A stretch of 63,799 nucleotides of DNA, filler included, from Octopus bimaculoides (taxonomy: Eukaryota): NCBI RefSeq assembly GCF_001194135.2. It is 9 parts of 8 records of this genome, joined end to end, with 100 filler letters (N's around TTAATTAATTAA, not from the genome) between each part and the next. Parts side by side here need not be neighbours in the genome. Positions count along the whole stretch, not along the records: positions 8,625 to 16,219 come from NC_068981.1; positions 16,320 to 29,779 come from NC_068987.1; 7 more parts are not named here. One strand, 5' to 3'. Every line of letters starts with the position of its first letter. The stretch's first letter is position 1. The notes beneath the pieces are model-generated. The model saw only the letters and a list, made by a program, of their open reading frames with translations. It was not told the DNA's origin and searched no databases. Below are positions 11,330 to 24,486 of this stretch, in pieces. Made by a program: the position numbers and the translations under genes.

Positions 11330-11560
11330 AACAATATATGAGTATATGCATATATATGTACATGTATGTATATACGTTCATCCACATGTACATATAGATA
11401 CATAACTGGGTACATGACGTGGCAAAAGAACAAGGACAAAAATGGTAAACAAGGTGCAACAAACAAGCAGGCCACATAGAAACATCCCCTTCATCAGCTA
11501 CCACCATTAAAACTCCGGCGTTTCGAAGAATTAAGGCAGTACGCATCGTTAAAATGGTTC
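11330..11560 (-). mobile_element. Penelope-type terminal-repeat-like dispersed repeat (copies 44428-44625 +, 54420-54545 + partial)
   Basis: High similarity between copies (TTTTAATGGTGGYAGCTGATGAAGGRGATGTTTCTATGTGGC...GTCATGTACCCAGTTATGTATC); hammerhead-like core words. Penelope assignment is inference. Confidence 0.5.
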
Positions 11561-12485
11561 TTCCCACAAACACAAATTAAATTGTTTTCGTGGAGGGTAG
11601 TGGCGATGCATGTATATATATAGATATATATGCATATATACATATACATATATAAAGCTTGTCCCACAAATTCCAGGTTTTCCCGGTCTACCTATGTTCA
11701 GAGAATACTTCAGATGAAACACGGATTTCAAAGAAAATACTGTCATACAAAAATTTAAACCAAGACTTAACAATCTTTAACAGAGTACATGCACAAATTA
11801 ATTCTGACACTTATCATGAGGAACCTACACAGCTAACGACCTAAATGCTTAGCTACTGGACTACATACAAACGGTTCCTGTCTACTCCCGCACCAAACAG
11901 ATTAAATTTAGAAGGCCTTGGTTATAACTAAACTGTGTCGGCCTTCTTTTAGGCACAGAATATACTGTCACGTGATATTAACATATGAACGTAGCCGGAA
12001 ACGTACATAAGATTATAAACTTAATCATGTGTTTATTCTCTACAAACACTTGAAAGAAAATATTTAGAGCATTGATTGTTTGGACATGTGCAGTCAACCG
12101 CGTCAGCCTTAACTTACGACACCAAGCATTGTCAATTGATACAAATGCACAGGCGTAGCGGGAAATCTACAAACATTTCTAAAACTACTCATGTGACTAT
12201 CCTCTACTACTCAAATCATATTCAAAACATATACTAATTTGAGCCATGAACTCCCTATAAAAATAGGGCAATCTTGAAACACTAGTCAGAAGCAAGACAG
12301 CTGCAACATAAACTACGTTTCTCTTAGAACCTTTTGAAAATCTGTGTAAACTGTGAAACCGGGTAAAGCTTAAAATATATTGTTAATAAACAATATTTTA
12401 ACTATCCTCAGTGCATTTCCAACTGTTATTTTTCTTATATTTCTATCCGTATGATACCTTACTTTTTTTTATATACGTACATAGA

Positions 12486-12528
<43 letters not shown>

Positions 12529-13559
12529 NNNNNNNNNNNNNNNNNNNNNNNNNNNNNNNNNNNNNNNNNNNNNNNNNNNNNNNNNNNNNNNNNNNNNNNN
12601 NNNNNNNNNNNNNNNNNNNNNNNNNNNNNNNNNNNNNNNNNNNNNNNNNNNNNNNNNNNNNNNNNNNNNNNNNNNNNNNNNNNNNNNNNNNNNNNNNNNN
12701 NNNNNNNNNNNNNNNNNNNNNNNNNNNNNNNNNNNNNNNNNNNNNNNNNNNNNNNNNNNNNNNNNNNNNNNNNNNNNNNNNNNNNNNNNNNNNNNNNNNN
12801 NNNNNNNNNNNNNNNNNNNNNNNNNNNNNNNNNNNNNNNNNNNNNNNNNNNNNNNNNNNNNNNNNNNNNNNNNNNNNNNNNNNNNNNNNNNNNNNNNNNN
12901 NNNNNNNNNNNNNNNNNNNNNNNNNNNNNNNNNNNNNNNNNNNNNNNNNNNNNNNNNNNNNNNNNNNNNNNNNNNNNNNNNNNNNNNNNNNNNNNNNNNN
13001 NNNNNNNNNNNNNNNNNNNNNNNNNNNNNNNNNNNNNNNNNNNNNNNNNNNNNNNNNNNNNNNNNNNNNNNNNNNNNNNNNNNNNNNNNNNNNNNNNNNN
13101 NNNNNNNNNNNNNNNNNNNNNNNNNNNNNNNNNNNNNNNNNNNNNNNNNNNNNNNNNNNNNNNNNNNNNNNNNNNNNNNNNNNNNNNNNNNNNNNNNNNN
13201 NNNNNNNNNNNNNNNNNNNNNNNNNNNNNNNNNNNNNNNNNNNNNNNNNNNNNNNNNNNNNNNNNNNNNNNNNNNNNNNNNNNNNNNNNNNNNNNNNNNN
13301 NNNNNNNNNNNNNNNNNTATATATATATGGGCAGCGATATGTGACACAAGTCTTTTGACTCCATGTTCATAAATTATTTTCTCTATCTGCTTATGTTTCG
13401 ATAGAATAATGTTTCTTGCTCATGAAGAGTTAGAGAATTAATAATATTACTGTGAAACACATAAATGCAACGAACATTTTCTTTAAAACTAAATACTTTT
13501 TGGCCATGAATATGTTAGTTGGGAAGAAAATAATATCGCACCTTGGACTGTATCACTCA

Positions 13560-14620
13560 GCGGGTACATTTTTCAATACCTAATAAGCATTAACTTTTAC
13601 AGTTTAACGTTATTTTTTTCTTTCTTTGCAGATAACTTTATACCATAGAGGTTAAGCTCGTTTAGATCAGACCTACATCAGACACTATATTCTGCATGAA
13701 TTCTAAGGACTCTTCATCAATGCAATTATTAAGAAATAGTCGTTCTGTCTATGGACATGAAGCTTTCACTCTGCGAATATATCAACATAGTTTCACACAG
13801 GAATTTTTTTATCTCTCGCAGACTCCCCTCGAACTAGACGATTCATTTCTGAAAACCGGAGCTGAGAAAAATCCAATGCAAAGTGCGTGAGAATTAGTAA
13901 AACAGTTCAATTCAAGTCACACTTTGAGCATAAAACTTCTTGAATTAGAAAAAGGAGATAGATTTGGTTAATGATTCTCGCATCATCAGATTACTTTTCA
14001 TCGTAATCAATAAGATCCTCTCTTCTCGTTCTTGAAAGCTGGAATTGCTACTTATTCTTTCCTGGGTAGAATCAGCACAATTGATGAAAAGTGAGTTCAC
14101 TATAATCATATACCAGAGATTCCACCCCAAACAAGTACTACAGCTGAAAAATGTTGTGGTCAGTGTTTCAATGAATATGAAGGGGGCCGTCTATCATAAA
14201 GTATTAGACCAAAACAGTTAATAGAGAGAGAAATTGTCATTGATGAAATCATTGCACAAAGTTTTGCCGAAAAAAAAGTGATCATTGACCACTCGTAACC
14301 AGGTGTTGCTACACAATAATAAAAGACCACCTATCGACCAAGAAAGGATTATAGCATTCAGCATGGAAGTTTTGCGTCATTCTTCTTAACTTACTCTATC
14401 TCAAAACAATTTTTTTATTCTTTTGTAGATCACCACAACATTATTTGGAGGCAAAAATTTACCAAATGTGAAGAGGTTACAAATTATATAAATTATATTC
14501 AGTGTTTCTTTGCTTCGATACCTGATACCTTACGCTCGAGAGATCAGAAATTCATCAAATAGATGGAATTATGTTATCAATTATAAGGGAAAATATTATC
14601 ATGATTAAATAAAGCTAACG
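13560..14620 (+). mobile_element. Mariner (DD34D-like) transposase relic
   Basis: Broken frames give EKNPMQSARELVKQFN, FLGRISTIDEK*VHYNH, KNVVVSV..MKGAVYHKVLDQN, RSPQHYLE, RWNYVINYKGKYYHD*; many stops and frameshifts. Confidence 0.8.
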
Positions 14621-15559
14621 AAATATTTCTTTCATACTCATCTTGAAATGCTTCGGACTTTCGTTCCAATCTGATATAAAGAAATATAATTTATAATAGA
14701 ATGATACGCTGATGAACATATTATTAAGTCGAATAATTAGTTAATATCATGATATTTGCACAGTGATGATAATACATAAAATATTGGTACATTCATGGGA
14801 GAAAAGATTTTAATCATAAAATATGAATACATTATGTGTGTATATCTAAATATATATTTACACAAATTAAGAAAGAAAACAAAATGTTATGATTGCTAAT
14901 TTTAAGAAGATGAAAAATATTTTTAAGAAAAATCACACGCAGACACATATATATACACACACACATATNNNNNNNNNNNNNNNNNNNNNNNNNNNNNNNN
15001 NNNNNNNNNNNNNNNNNNNNNNNNNNNNNNNNNNNNNNNNNNNNNNNNNNNNNNNNNNNNNNNNNNNNNNNNNNNNNNNNNNNNNNNNNNNNNNNNNNNN
15101 NNNNNNNNNNNNNNNNNNNNNNNNNNNNNNNNNNNNNNNNNNNNNNNNNNNNNNNNNNNNNNNNNNNNNNNNNNNNNNNNNNNNNNNNNNNNNNNNNNNN
15201 NNNNNNNNNNNNNNNNNNNNNNNNNNNNNNNNNNNNNNNNNNNNNNNNNNNNNNNNNNNNNNNNNNNNNNNNNNNNNNNNNNNNNNNNNNNNNNNNNNNN
15301 NNNNNNNNNNNNNNNNNNNNNNNNNNNNNNNNNNNNNNNNNNNNNNNNNNNNNNNNNNNNNNNNNNNNNNNNNNNNNNNNNNNNNNNNNNNNNNNNNNNN
15401 NNNNNNNNNNNNNNNNNNNNNNNNNNNNNNNNNNNNNNNNNNNNNNNNNNNNATATATATATTTCTATATATATATATATACATGTGTGTGTGTGTATAG
15501 ATACATACATACATAGTAATAATTATAATAATCCTATCCAAGGATAGGATTTATATTTT

Positions 15560-16130
15560 AATGCATCGCTACGCACGTTTCCACAAATCACGTGTTCGTT
15601 AAGATCATAATCCGGATTACTGGGATGATGTCAGTGTAGCCCGTAGTATCCATGGACATCGCGTAGATCTTCGGGCGAAATAGCATTAATGGATATTTAA
15701 CTGGGGGTTGTTTACCAATTTGAACCAATGAGAAGGTTGATTGGGGTATATGGACATTTGTGTGTTTATTTTGTGGGGAGAGGTGGAAGAAGTTGATGGA
15801 AAGAAAGGAAGGAATGGTAGTTATAACGAGAGGGATGTATGTGCGTTGTGATGTTGGACATATTTTGCTATATGAGTATGCAGATGTAAGAATGGGTAGT
15901 ATGGTTCTTTTGTTTGATCTTATTCCCAGAAGGCCCTTCCAGAAGGCCCTTCCAGAAGTAGTCAGGTCAGCAAAGTACAGCCAGTAAAATTATTCAGATG
16001 GTGAAGTTCATTGTCAGAGTTGACAAATGATACTTTCTTCGGGAGATTTATTTTTTTTGTGATATAATGGTGTGTAGCTTTTGTGTTCTTCCTTTGTTCT
16101 ATTATATGCTATTATATCCTGGCATAGTAG
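15560..16130 (-). mobile_element. Possible decayed Penelope-like fragment
   Basis: Strand composition like the 36.7-37.8 kb element; no convincing protein motif recovered. Confidence 0.2.
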
Positions 16131-16182
16131 AATAGGAGCATATTCAAAATGTGTCCCGTAAACGAACTTAAAGCATATATAT

Positions 16183-16213
<31 letters not shown>

Positions 16214-16351
16214 GTATATNNNNNNNNNNNNNNNNNNNNNNNNNNNNNNNNNNNNNNNNNNNNTTAATTAATTAANNNNNNNNNNNNNNNNNNNNNNNNN
16301 NNNNNNNNNNNNNNNNNNNATATATATACATACATACAAACATACATACAC

Positions 16352-16395
<44 letters not shown>

Positions 16396-16514
16396 CAGTG
16401 ATTGATATAAACGGTGATAGTCTCTATTCCCGGTTCTCTCTTGAATGTTTTCATTCCCTTAAGAAAGTTGTGAAACGTCACAAAACATTGGTTTAGAATA
16501 TAAGGAAAATCAAT

Positions 16515-16750
16515 CAATCAATCACCTTCTCATGGATGAGTTGAGTCTTTTCACGGAAGGTGATCAACAAGTGAAACTGTTCATAAATATTGTAAAAAAA
16601 AATTTATGACAATATTGTAATGGATTTCGGCATTACAGATGTGGCAAAGGGACTTAAAATAGAAACTCTTGAAAATCTACTACAAGGACATAGACATGTC
16701 TATTATAATCAAGAAATTAGATTCTGAAGGAAAGTAGAAATATTTAGGCT
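16515..16750 (+). mobile_element. R4/Dong-type reverse transcriptase fragment
   Basis: LMDELSLF (YMDDLKL-like), MDFGI, KKLDSEGK*KYLG. Confidence 0.55.
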
Positions 16751-17899
16751 TGTTTGAGAGAGAGAGAGACAGGGAGAAAGTGAGAGATTTTGCTGTTTGT
16801 TCTATTGTACTCGACAAAGTGACCGTTCCGAAAGAGAATTTTCAAACCAAACCAAAATCGATTTAATCTTGAAGTGCTATGACAACTGTAAAATGAAGTA
16901 AAATAAAACAAACGAACAAATACAAGGCCCACACTTCATACCTAGGACGAAATGTTGCCAAACATTTGGGCTAATAACTTGTTCAGGTACAGACCCAAAA
17001 CGTTAGCAGTAAAAATCATGTTTCCAAACATTTGGGCCAATATCTTGTCCATGTTTAGCCCCCAAAAGTTATCTGCCATAATCGTGGCAAAACTATCATA
17101 GTCCAGGCAAAAAGAACTTGTTCCATAAATATATAAAGTTGCATGAAATATTGCCTGCAGTTTGCAAGATGAAGTTCTGATGAATTAAGATATAATCGCA
17201 GATTCCAGAATTTGAAAGAGGTGTATATGTATGATTGGAATGCAAGAAGTATATGACCTTGACATAAATTATCAGTTAACTTCTAGCAATCGTGTTTACT
17301 TGCTACAAACCTTAGCCATTTGAATCAAGCTCTAAATACATAAAATGGGTCAGAGACGTTCTGGAAAAAAAAAATTACATGTGTAAAGAAAAAAGAAATA
17401 TGAAAACGATTTCCATCATTCTTCGTACGGTGCTATTTCAATAGATCACCTTTCCTTAATTCATTTCTGAAAGGTGTACCAACACTTGCAAGAACATTGG
17501 CTAAGTATTTACTTGAGATCAGTCAAATATGCTTCGTGGTTATAGACAGCAGGCATACTCTACGAGGATCAATAAAGGTATTATTGTGCAGTGTAATTTA
17601 GAAAATGCAGACTACAAAGGTATATTAATAGACACCACTGCTAATGTTTTAAATATAGTAACCGAGATTAAGCTCGAAAAGAATTTACAAATAATTAGAA
17701 ATTAAAGAAGTAGATAGCGTGCGGTACAAAGACACAGGAAATAATTTCTTTTGAAATAAAATTACAGAAGTAATTAGATTAAAACTTAAAGCAGAGGTGT
17801 AAAAATAATAAGGTAACTCTAGATATTCGAAGAATTAATTATCACGATAATCGCTTGACGACAAATCAATTAATGATAAAAAATAGAAAAAGAAGCAAA

Positions 17900-18420
17900 A
17901 ATATTCCTGACTGAAAAAACACTAGCCAAATCTGCCGGAGGAAGATCTGTTTTCAACATTCAAAATAATGCCATAACTAATAACTAGTAATATATTGAAG
18001 CAAGTATGAAAGTGGAGCAAGACTAACAGTTGTTTTATGTCTTCAAATTATTCACTCTTACAGATGTCGAGATGAGAACAGAAGAATTTGAACATTGATC
18101 AAAACAAACCCAGTAATTTGAGAACGATTCAGCAACATGAATTTTTGCTTGTAATAAAGAATGACATAGATAAGCACAAATAGACATAAAGGAAAAAATT
18201 CCCGGGTCTTCTAAACTAAGATAACGATCGAGATTTTTCGAAACATACAAACTGAAGCAACAGAAAAATCTACCAGTGGATGAGGTAATATTTGTAAGTA
18301 ACAATCAATTGAATTGCATCAAATAAGTATTTGATAATAGAGAATGTTTATAGAGGTAAGGCAGCTCTAGGACTTATGTCCATCGGAATACAAGGAATAG
18401 GAAATAATGACAAAACTAGA
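17900..18420 (+). mobile_element. Very old R4/Dong-type LINE fragment
   Basis: AKSAGGRSVFNIQ resembles the PRxEGGRGL motif; KNLPVDEVIFVSNNQL resembles the ETEGxIxAAQDQ region. Confidence 0.3.
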
Positions 18421-18468
18421 CCGGACGAAGGTACACCATACATACAGACCTTGTATAAAAACATATGT

Positions 18469-18790
18469 GAAGGCGCATGGCTTAGTGGTTTGGGCATTCG
18501 ACTCATGATTATAAGATCGTGAGTTCAATTCCCGGCGACGCGTTGTGTCCTTGAGCAAGTCACTTTATTTCATGTTGCTCCAGTCTACTCAGATAGCAAA
18601 AATGAGTAATACCTGTATTTCAAATGGTTAGCCTTGTCATACTCTGTGTCACGCGGAATCTCCCTGAGGATTACGTTAAGAGTAGACGTGTCTGTGGAGT
18701 GCTCAGCCACTTGCACGTTAATTTCACGAGCAGGCTGTTCCGTTGATCGAATCAACTGGGAACCTCGTCATCGTAACCAACCGAGTGCTC
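18469..18790 (+). mobile_element. SINE family C, full length
   Basis: tRNA head, TTGTGTCCTTGAGCAAGTCACTT CORE-like segment, shared 3' body. Confidence 0.9.
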
Positions 18791-19528
18791 CTTTAAAGAA
18801 ATATGACCATATCTTCAGAAATATTTCTTTCCAAATATACAAGAAGTATTGCGAATCGGTTGTTGTGTCTGTTCACTGTCATCGGGAAGAAGAGGGTGTG
18901 TAGAGATCGATAGATGTCTCTCCTCTAGGATATAATAGAAATCTAAAAGACATAACGAAGATCTCTGAGAGAGCGAGAAATTCTTCGTTCAACAGAAAGC
19001 TATTCTGGAAGAGAGAATTCAGAAAATAACAAACAACTGGGAAAATATTCAAATAATTACACTTAGATAACCAAGATGTGACGTTTCAACTAGAGAAATA
19101 AGCCCCACAAGAATATGTACAATGGCAATGACTAAAAATGTGGAAAAATAACCCCACGATGCGAATACATGCACTACATGTAGAATAGAGAACAAATAAG
19201 TGGTATTTTTGTTTTAATTAAAATACATTGAATTCGATATTGAACAAAAACGTTTCACCAACACAAAGCATAAATATGAGCGTATTTGTATGTTAAAGCA
19301 CGCAATAAAGATTAATCTTTTGAAATAATCATATTCACAATAAGAATGCGTCTACGAATATAAAATAAAAGCAATGTATGCATGACAAATGCTTACTTCT
19401 TCTCTGTTATATTTGGATATTTGTCTAATTTTCTTTATTTTTGTATTGCACTTAATCGGCATTTTTATGTATCAATTCTTTCTCCTCTGTTTCAAGTTTC
19501 AGAAATTTAGATCGATGCACTTAAATAC

Positions 19529-19558
19529 CTGTACATTGCGAATTACAATAAATTCTTT
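19529..19558 (-). CDS. Candidate 30-nt exon (KEFIVIRNVQ)
   Basis: Acceptor CTTTGATTTAG|, donor CAG|GTATTT; joined in frame to the 19634-19717 exon by a 75-nt GT-AG intron. Confidence 0.45.
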
Positions 19559-19633
19559 CTAAATCAAAGAATGTTCTTGAATATATATTTATTGCACACT
19601 CTTCTTCCTTTACATCTCATAAGGGTTATTTAC

Positions 19634-19717
19634 CTTTGTGAAATGAACCGCAATCCGACAGCCTGCAAATTCAATATCGGGGAAGAGCGAGCGAGTTTCT
19701 TCATTCTCATCAACATA
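19634..19717 (-). CDS. Candidate exon (YVDENEETRSLFPDIEFAGCRIAVHFTK)
   Basis: Acceptor TTTCTAG|, donor AAG|GTAAAT, 84 nt, phase 0-0. Confidence 0.6.
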
Positions 19718-19969
19718 CTAGAAACTGTAATTATTTCGTCTTCAACGAAAGCTTATTGCTTTACAAAAGAAATGACAAAGCGAGTTAAGTGCTGCAAGCG
19801 ACATGAGGATGACTAATACAAAATGGTGTCACGAACAGCATTGGTTTCTCTATTGCTTGTTTTACAGTAGTTAAATTTATATCTAGATTGTAACGAGGAA
19901 ATGATGATTGGGCGCAAGGGTTTCAATCGGTAGCAAAGTGTTGATCTGTGTAATGTCCGCTGACATGGA

Positions 19970-20720
19970 CTCAGGTGTGGCTACATCGCAAGAAGTTTGT
20001 TTCTCAACCACATGGTTCTGGATTCAGTGCCACTGCCCGGAATCTTGGGCATGTGGCATCTTGAGCCGCAAGCTCTCAAAAGTCTTGTTAGTGAATTTGG
20101 TAGACGGAAGCTGAAGCTCGTCGTATGTATANNNNNNNNNNNNNNNNNNNNNNNNNNNNNNNNNNNNNNNNNNNNNNNNNNNNNNNNNNNNNNNNNNNNN
20201 NNNNNNNNNNNNNNNNNNNNNNNNNNNNNNNNNNNNNNNNNNNNNNNNNNNNNNNNNNNNNNNNNNNNNNNNNNNNNNNNNNNNNNNNNNNNNNNNNNNN
20301 NNNNNNNNNNNNNNNNNNNNNNNNNNNNNNNNNNNNNNNNNNNNNNNNNNNNTGTGTGTGTGTGTGTGCTTGTGCGTAAGCTTCTGTCACTGGTTATCAC
20401 AAAGATCGCTTGAGAACTGAAGATGGTACATCCAGGTTCCTGTAAAGTAGCGATTCGGCAAAAGGACGGATAGAAGTACCACGCTTAAAAGAAATATATA
20501 CAGAAATTGATTCATTCGAGTAAAAACACATCAAGACATTGCCCCAGGATGGTCGCAGACTAATGACTAAAAATGTAAGGATATATGTATATATGTGTGT
20601 ATGTGTGTGTGTGTGTGTCTCCTCCACCACCGCTTGACAACTCATGATGGTTTGGCTACAACCCGTACATAGCGTTTCTGCAAAAATGCCCCTGAAAGTA
20701 AGAACCAGTTTTATAAAAAG
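19970..20720 (+). mobile_element. SINE family B pieces around an N gap
   Basis: 5' half 19970-20131; 3' pieces about 20410-20577 and 20620-20720. Confidence 0.65.
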
Positions 20721-21806
20721 TACTAGGGTCGATCACTAGAAGATGCTGATGTGGAAGCCGAAAAATCTAAAATTGTTATCGGCACTTTCTACATACGTTG
20801 TACGGCGATAAGATAAAAGAAAACAAGTTTATATCTCAAAGATGAGTGTGGAAAGGTCTGGGAAGTCTGAGTATTGATCAAGAGCCAATGAGTTTTAGGG
20901 AAATAGAAACAGGAACTTCATGCAACGAGAGAGTGAAACCTGGAACATCGGTTTATATATCATGAAGCATAAACACCCACACATAGATAGAGAGATAGAT
21001 ATACATATACACACCCATCTATATCTATATATATATANNNNNNNNNNNNNNNNNNNNNNNNNNNNNNNNNNNNNNNNNNNNNNNNNNNNNNNNNNNNNNN
21101 NNNNNNNNNNNNNNNNNNNNNNNNNNNNNNNNNNNNNNNNNNNNNNNNNNNNNNNNNNNNNNNNNNNNNNNNNNNNNNNNNNNNNNNNNNNNNNNNNNNN
21201 NNNNNNNNNNNNNNNNNNNNNNNNNNNNNNNNNNNNNNNNNNNNNNNNNNNNNNNNNNNNNNNNNNNNNNNNNNNNNNNNNNNNNNNNNNNNNNNNNNNN
21301 NNNNNNNNNNNNNNNNNNNNNNNNNNNNNNNNNNNNNNNNNNNNNNNNNNNNNNNNNNNNNNNNNNNNNNNNNNNNNNNNNNNNNNNNNNNNNNNNNNNN
21401 NNNNNNNNNNNNNNNNNNNNNNNNNNNNNNNNNNNNNNNNNNNNNNNNNNNNNNNNNNNNNNNNNNNNNNNNNNNNNNNNNNNNNNNNNNNNNNNNNNNN
21501 NNNNNNNNNNNNNNNNNNNNNNNNNNNNCTACTACTACTACTACTACTACTACACGTACACACACACACACGCACGCACGCACACACACACACACGCACA
21601 CACACATACATATTAATAGATGAAAAGTTTGAGAAATGCTATTATAGATTATGCCTAACCGAAAACGATCACGGCCACATCATCCAAACAGGACGGGTGA
21701 AACCGGGTTTAGCTGCTGGTGTTATATATATACATATATATATGTATGTATTTACGTATATCGGAAGAAAGCATTTGGTACTGTGTATAGAATAGTATAT
21801 AAGAAA

Positions 21807-22001
21807 AAGCGGCGAGCTGGCGGAAACGTTAGCACGCCGGGCGAAATGCTTATCGTTATTTCCTGTCTTTATGTTGTGTGTTCAAATTCCGCCGAAGTCG
21901 CCGGGTCGATAAATTAAGTACCAATTTGTTACTGGGGTCGATCTAATCGACTGGTCCCCCTGCCCCAAAATTTCGGGCCTTGTGCCTAGAGTAGAAAAGA
22001 A
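21807..22001 (+). mobile_element. SINE family A
   Basis: Close match to 6157-6372 with an internal deletion. Confidence 0.9.
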
Positions 22002-22334
22002 TAGTATGTGGGTAATATTAAATAAGGTTAGACAGAAAAGAAGAAGGAAATTTTCTCCGTTCACTTACATAAGAAATATACTTATTTTTCAAATTCCAAA
22101 CAAGTGTAGTGTACAAAAAATGAAAGGACACGATAAAACCAAAGTAAAATAATGTAGTATATTTCATCAAATAACTTTATTTTACATATTTCATTCCCGA
22201 AGATACTTTGAATATTTTCTTTACCTGTCTTAAATCAACTAAGGAACTAATTCCTTCTGTGATTCTTAGTAACATTATTAGTTTCATTTTTTAAGAAACA
22301 CACATCATACACACGCACAGCACTCACGCACTCA

Positions 22335-22399
<65 letters not shown>

Positions 22400-22555
22400 C
22401 TCTCTGTCGTGCACGCACGCACAATTGTCCCCACACAATTTCTTCGCACAATTAATTTCCCATAATGCGATAATACGTAATTGTCTGAAATTATTTTAGG
22501 ATCAATTTAACATTGAACACCAGTATGTGCTTAACAAACACAAAAAACTGCTGTG

Positions 22556-22790
22556 GGAAGAGTCATTCTCTTTTGGTGCCTTATAATTGAGCACACTCAC
22601 CGGTAAAATTTCCAGTAATTTCTTTTTTCATTTTTCTAAAAGTTTCGTTGCGTCTACCGTTGATTGTGTTAAATTGTAAGGCCATAAAAGAGAATGACTC
22701 TCCCCAGACACAACAGAATATGCTTCAACACACGAACTTACATAAAGAATCTTGCAAACCAAATCCAAAAACGAAACCCCAAAACGATCA
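22556..22790. mobile_element. Foldback/MITE-like element copy 2
   Basis: GAAGAGTCATTCTCTTTT...ACCGGTA arm inverted against TACCGTTG...AAAAGAGAATGACTCTCCCC; shares arm with 4730-4943. Confidence 0.7.
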
Positions 22791-23554
22791 GTGTCAAATG
22801 ATTTTTTTCCTGAAATGCACAGTTTTAGATTTCTCGGGAGGTGTAGATTTAGGTATATTCTGGCATTTTGTTTTATAATTCTCGGTAATTCTGGAAAGAG
22901 TTTTATGTCTTCATTCTAGGGTCATTTGAAACAAATACACGCGACATGTTTCAGAAAATACACTAACACAACATGGTGTCGTATTGATTTAGTCATGTTT
23001 GTTTCACTAGATTTTCCTAATGTTTGGGTGCAATCTAAAATAAATATGTACCAATGCACTTTGCTTCAGAGATATTTCGTTAATGTGTGTTATTGCTTCA
23101 AACGATAATTTTTCTGACACTTACGTCACTGTTATGTCACTGAACACAGTTGATGGTTATTCTGCTTGAAAACGTTTCTTTAGATTTACCCATTATATCC
23201 TAAACACCCTTCTAAACATTATCGTCGCAATTGACCAGGGACACTGAGCAGTATACTGCATCCCCACTTCCTCCACATTATCATTCTTTTCACGTCATCA
23301 CCTTTATCACCATTCTCCTCATAATCATTATCACGGTAAGGATTTCATATTCATCGTCAGTGTTAACGAATAAGGTAATGGTTATTATCATCAATAACAG
23401 TATTATAATAATAATTTGAAATGGTATTATTAGAATATTTACATTTATATTAATCTACAAAGAACGAAAGTGTGAGAGAGGAATAAAGACCGAGATTGTA
23501 GGAATGAGGAAGAGGTGTATATATGTCTATGTTTGGGTATATCTATATATAAAT

Positions 23555-24441
23555 GTGGACGTAATATACCTTGAATTTGTAAAAGCTTTTGATAAAATGG
23601 ATCATGATATGATAAGCCACAAAATGGGTAATCTCGGTATAGCTGAAAAACTTGGAGAGTGGTTACATGACTTTCTGAATGATACAAGTCAGGCAGTAAT
23701 GGCCAATGGAGCCACATCACAGAAAACACAAATAGTGAGCAGTATTCCACAGAGCACTGACTTGGGATCACTGCTTTTCATAGTGGCCCTCTCAGATATC
23801 ATCTGAATTGCTCCAGATAACTACCCTTGCTAGCTACGCAGACGATACAAAAGTCTCGCAGAAAATATAGAACCCTAGCGATGTTGCACGCCTGCAGCAG
23901 GATTTGGACTCAATTTACAGATTAGCTGAGGAAAATAATATGCAGTTTAATGCTGAAAAAGTCTAAGCCCTGAGCTACCAGCGTCCAAAGTTGAATAAAA
24001 AACACCCAGAGTACACTGGTCCACATGGTATTACAATTCCAGTGCCTAAATTAGTGAGGGACCTGGGTATCGACATGAGTGATGATACCTCTTTCCATGT
24101 GAACATTACCAGGATGGCGACAAAGTGCAGACGACTGGCTGGCTGGATCCTAAGAACGTTCAAAACCAGAAAAAAGGTAACTATGATGGTCCTCTGGAGG
24201 ACATTCGCCCTCAGCCGCCTGAACAACTGCTCCCAGCTATGGTCACCCAAGAGTGTAAAATTGACAACGGACGGAACTTGAAGTAATCCAGCGAAGCTTC
24301 AGAAAGAAGATCGTATCATTGCAACAGCTCAGCTACAGGGAAAGACTGAAACAGCTAAGACTCTACTCCGTACAGCGAAGGCGAGAGAGGTATGCAGTAA
24401 TATACATCTGAAAGAATCTGGAAGGAATTGCGCCAAATTGG
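23555..24441 (+). mobile_element. CR1/L2-clade LINE reverse transcriptase fragment
   Basis: DVIYLEFVKAFDKMDH, SSIPQSTDLGSLLF, YADDT, VRDLGIDMSDD, GWILRTF, SRLNNCSQLWSP; stops present. Confidence 0.9.
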
Positions 24442-24445
24442 TATG

Positions 24446-24486
<41 letters not shown>

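Noticed and set aside
10195-13370. ORFs of 200-370 aa made mostly of X (also 14.9, 21, 25.7, 31-32 and 50.8 kb)
   Set aside because: They only span N gaps.
18469-18545. tRNA-like sequences with A and B boxes (also 1689, 3064, 6157, 6470)
   Set aside because: They continue into SINE bodies and lack a complete cloverleaf; not tRNA genes.
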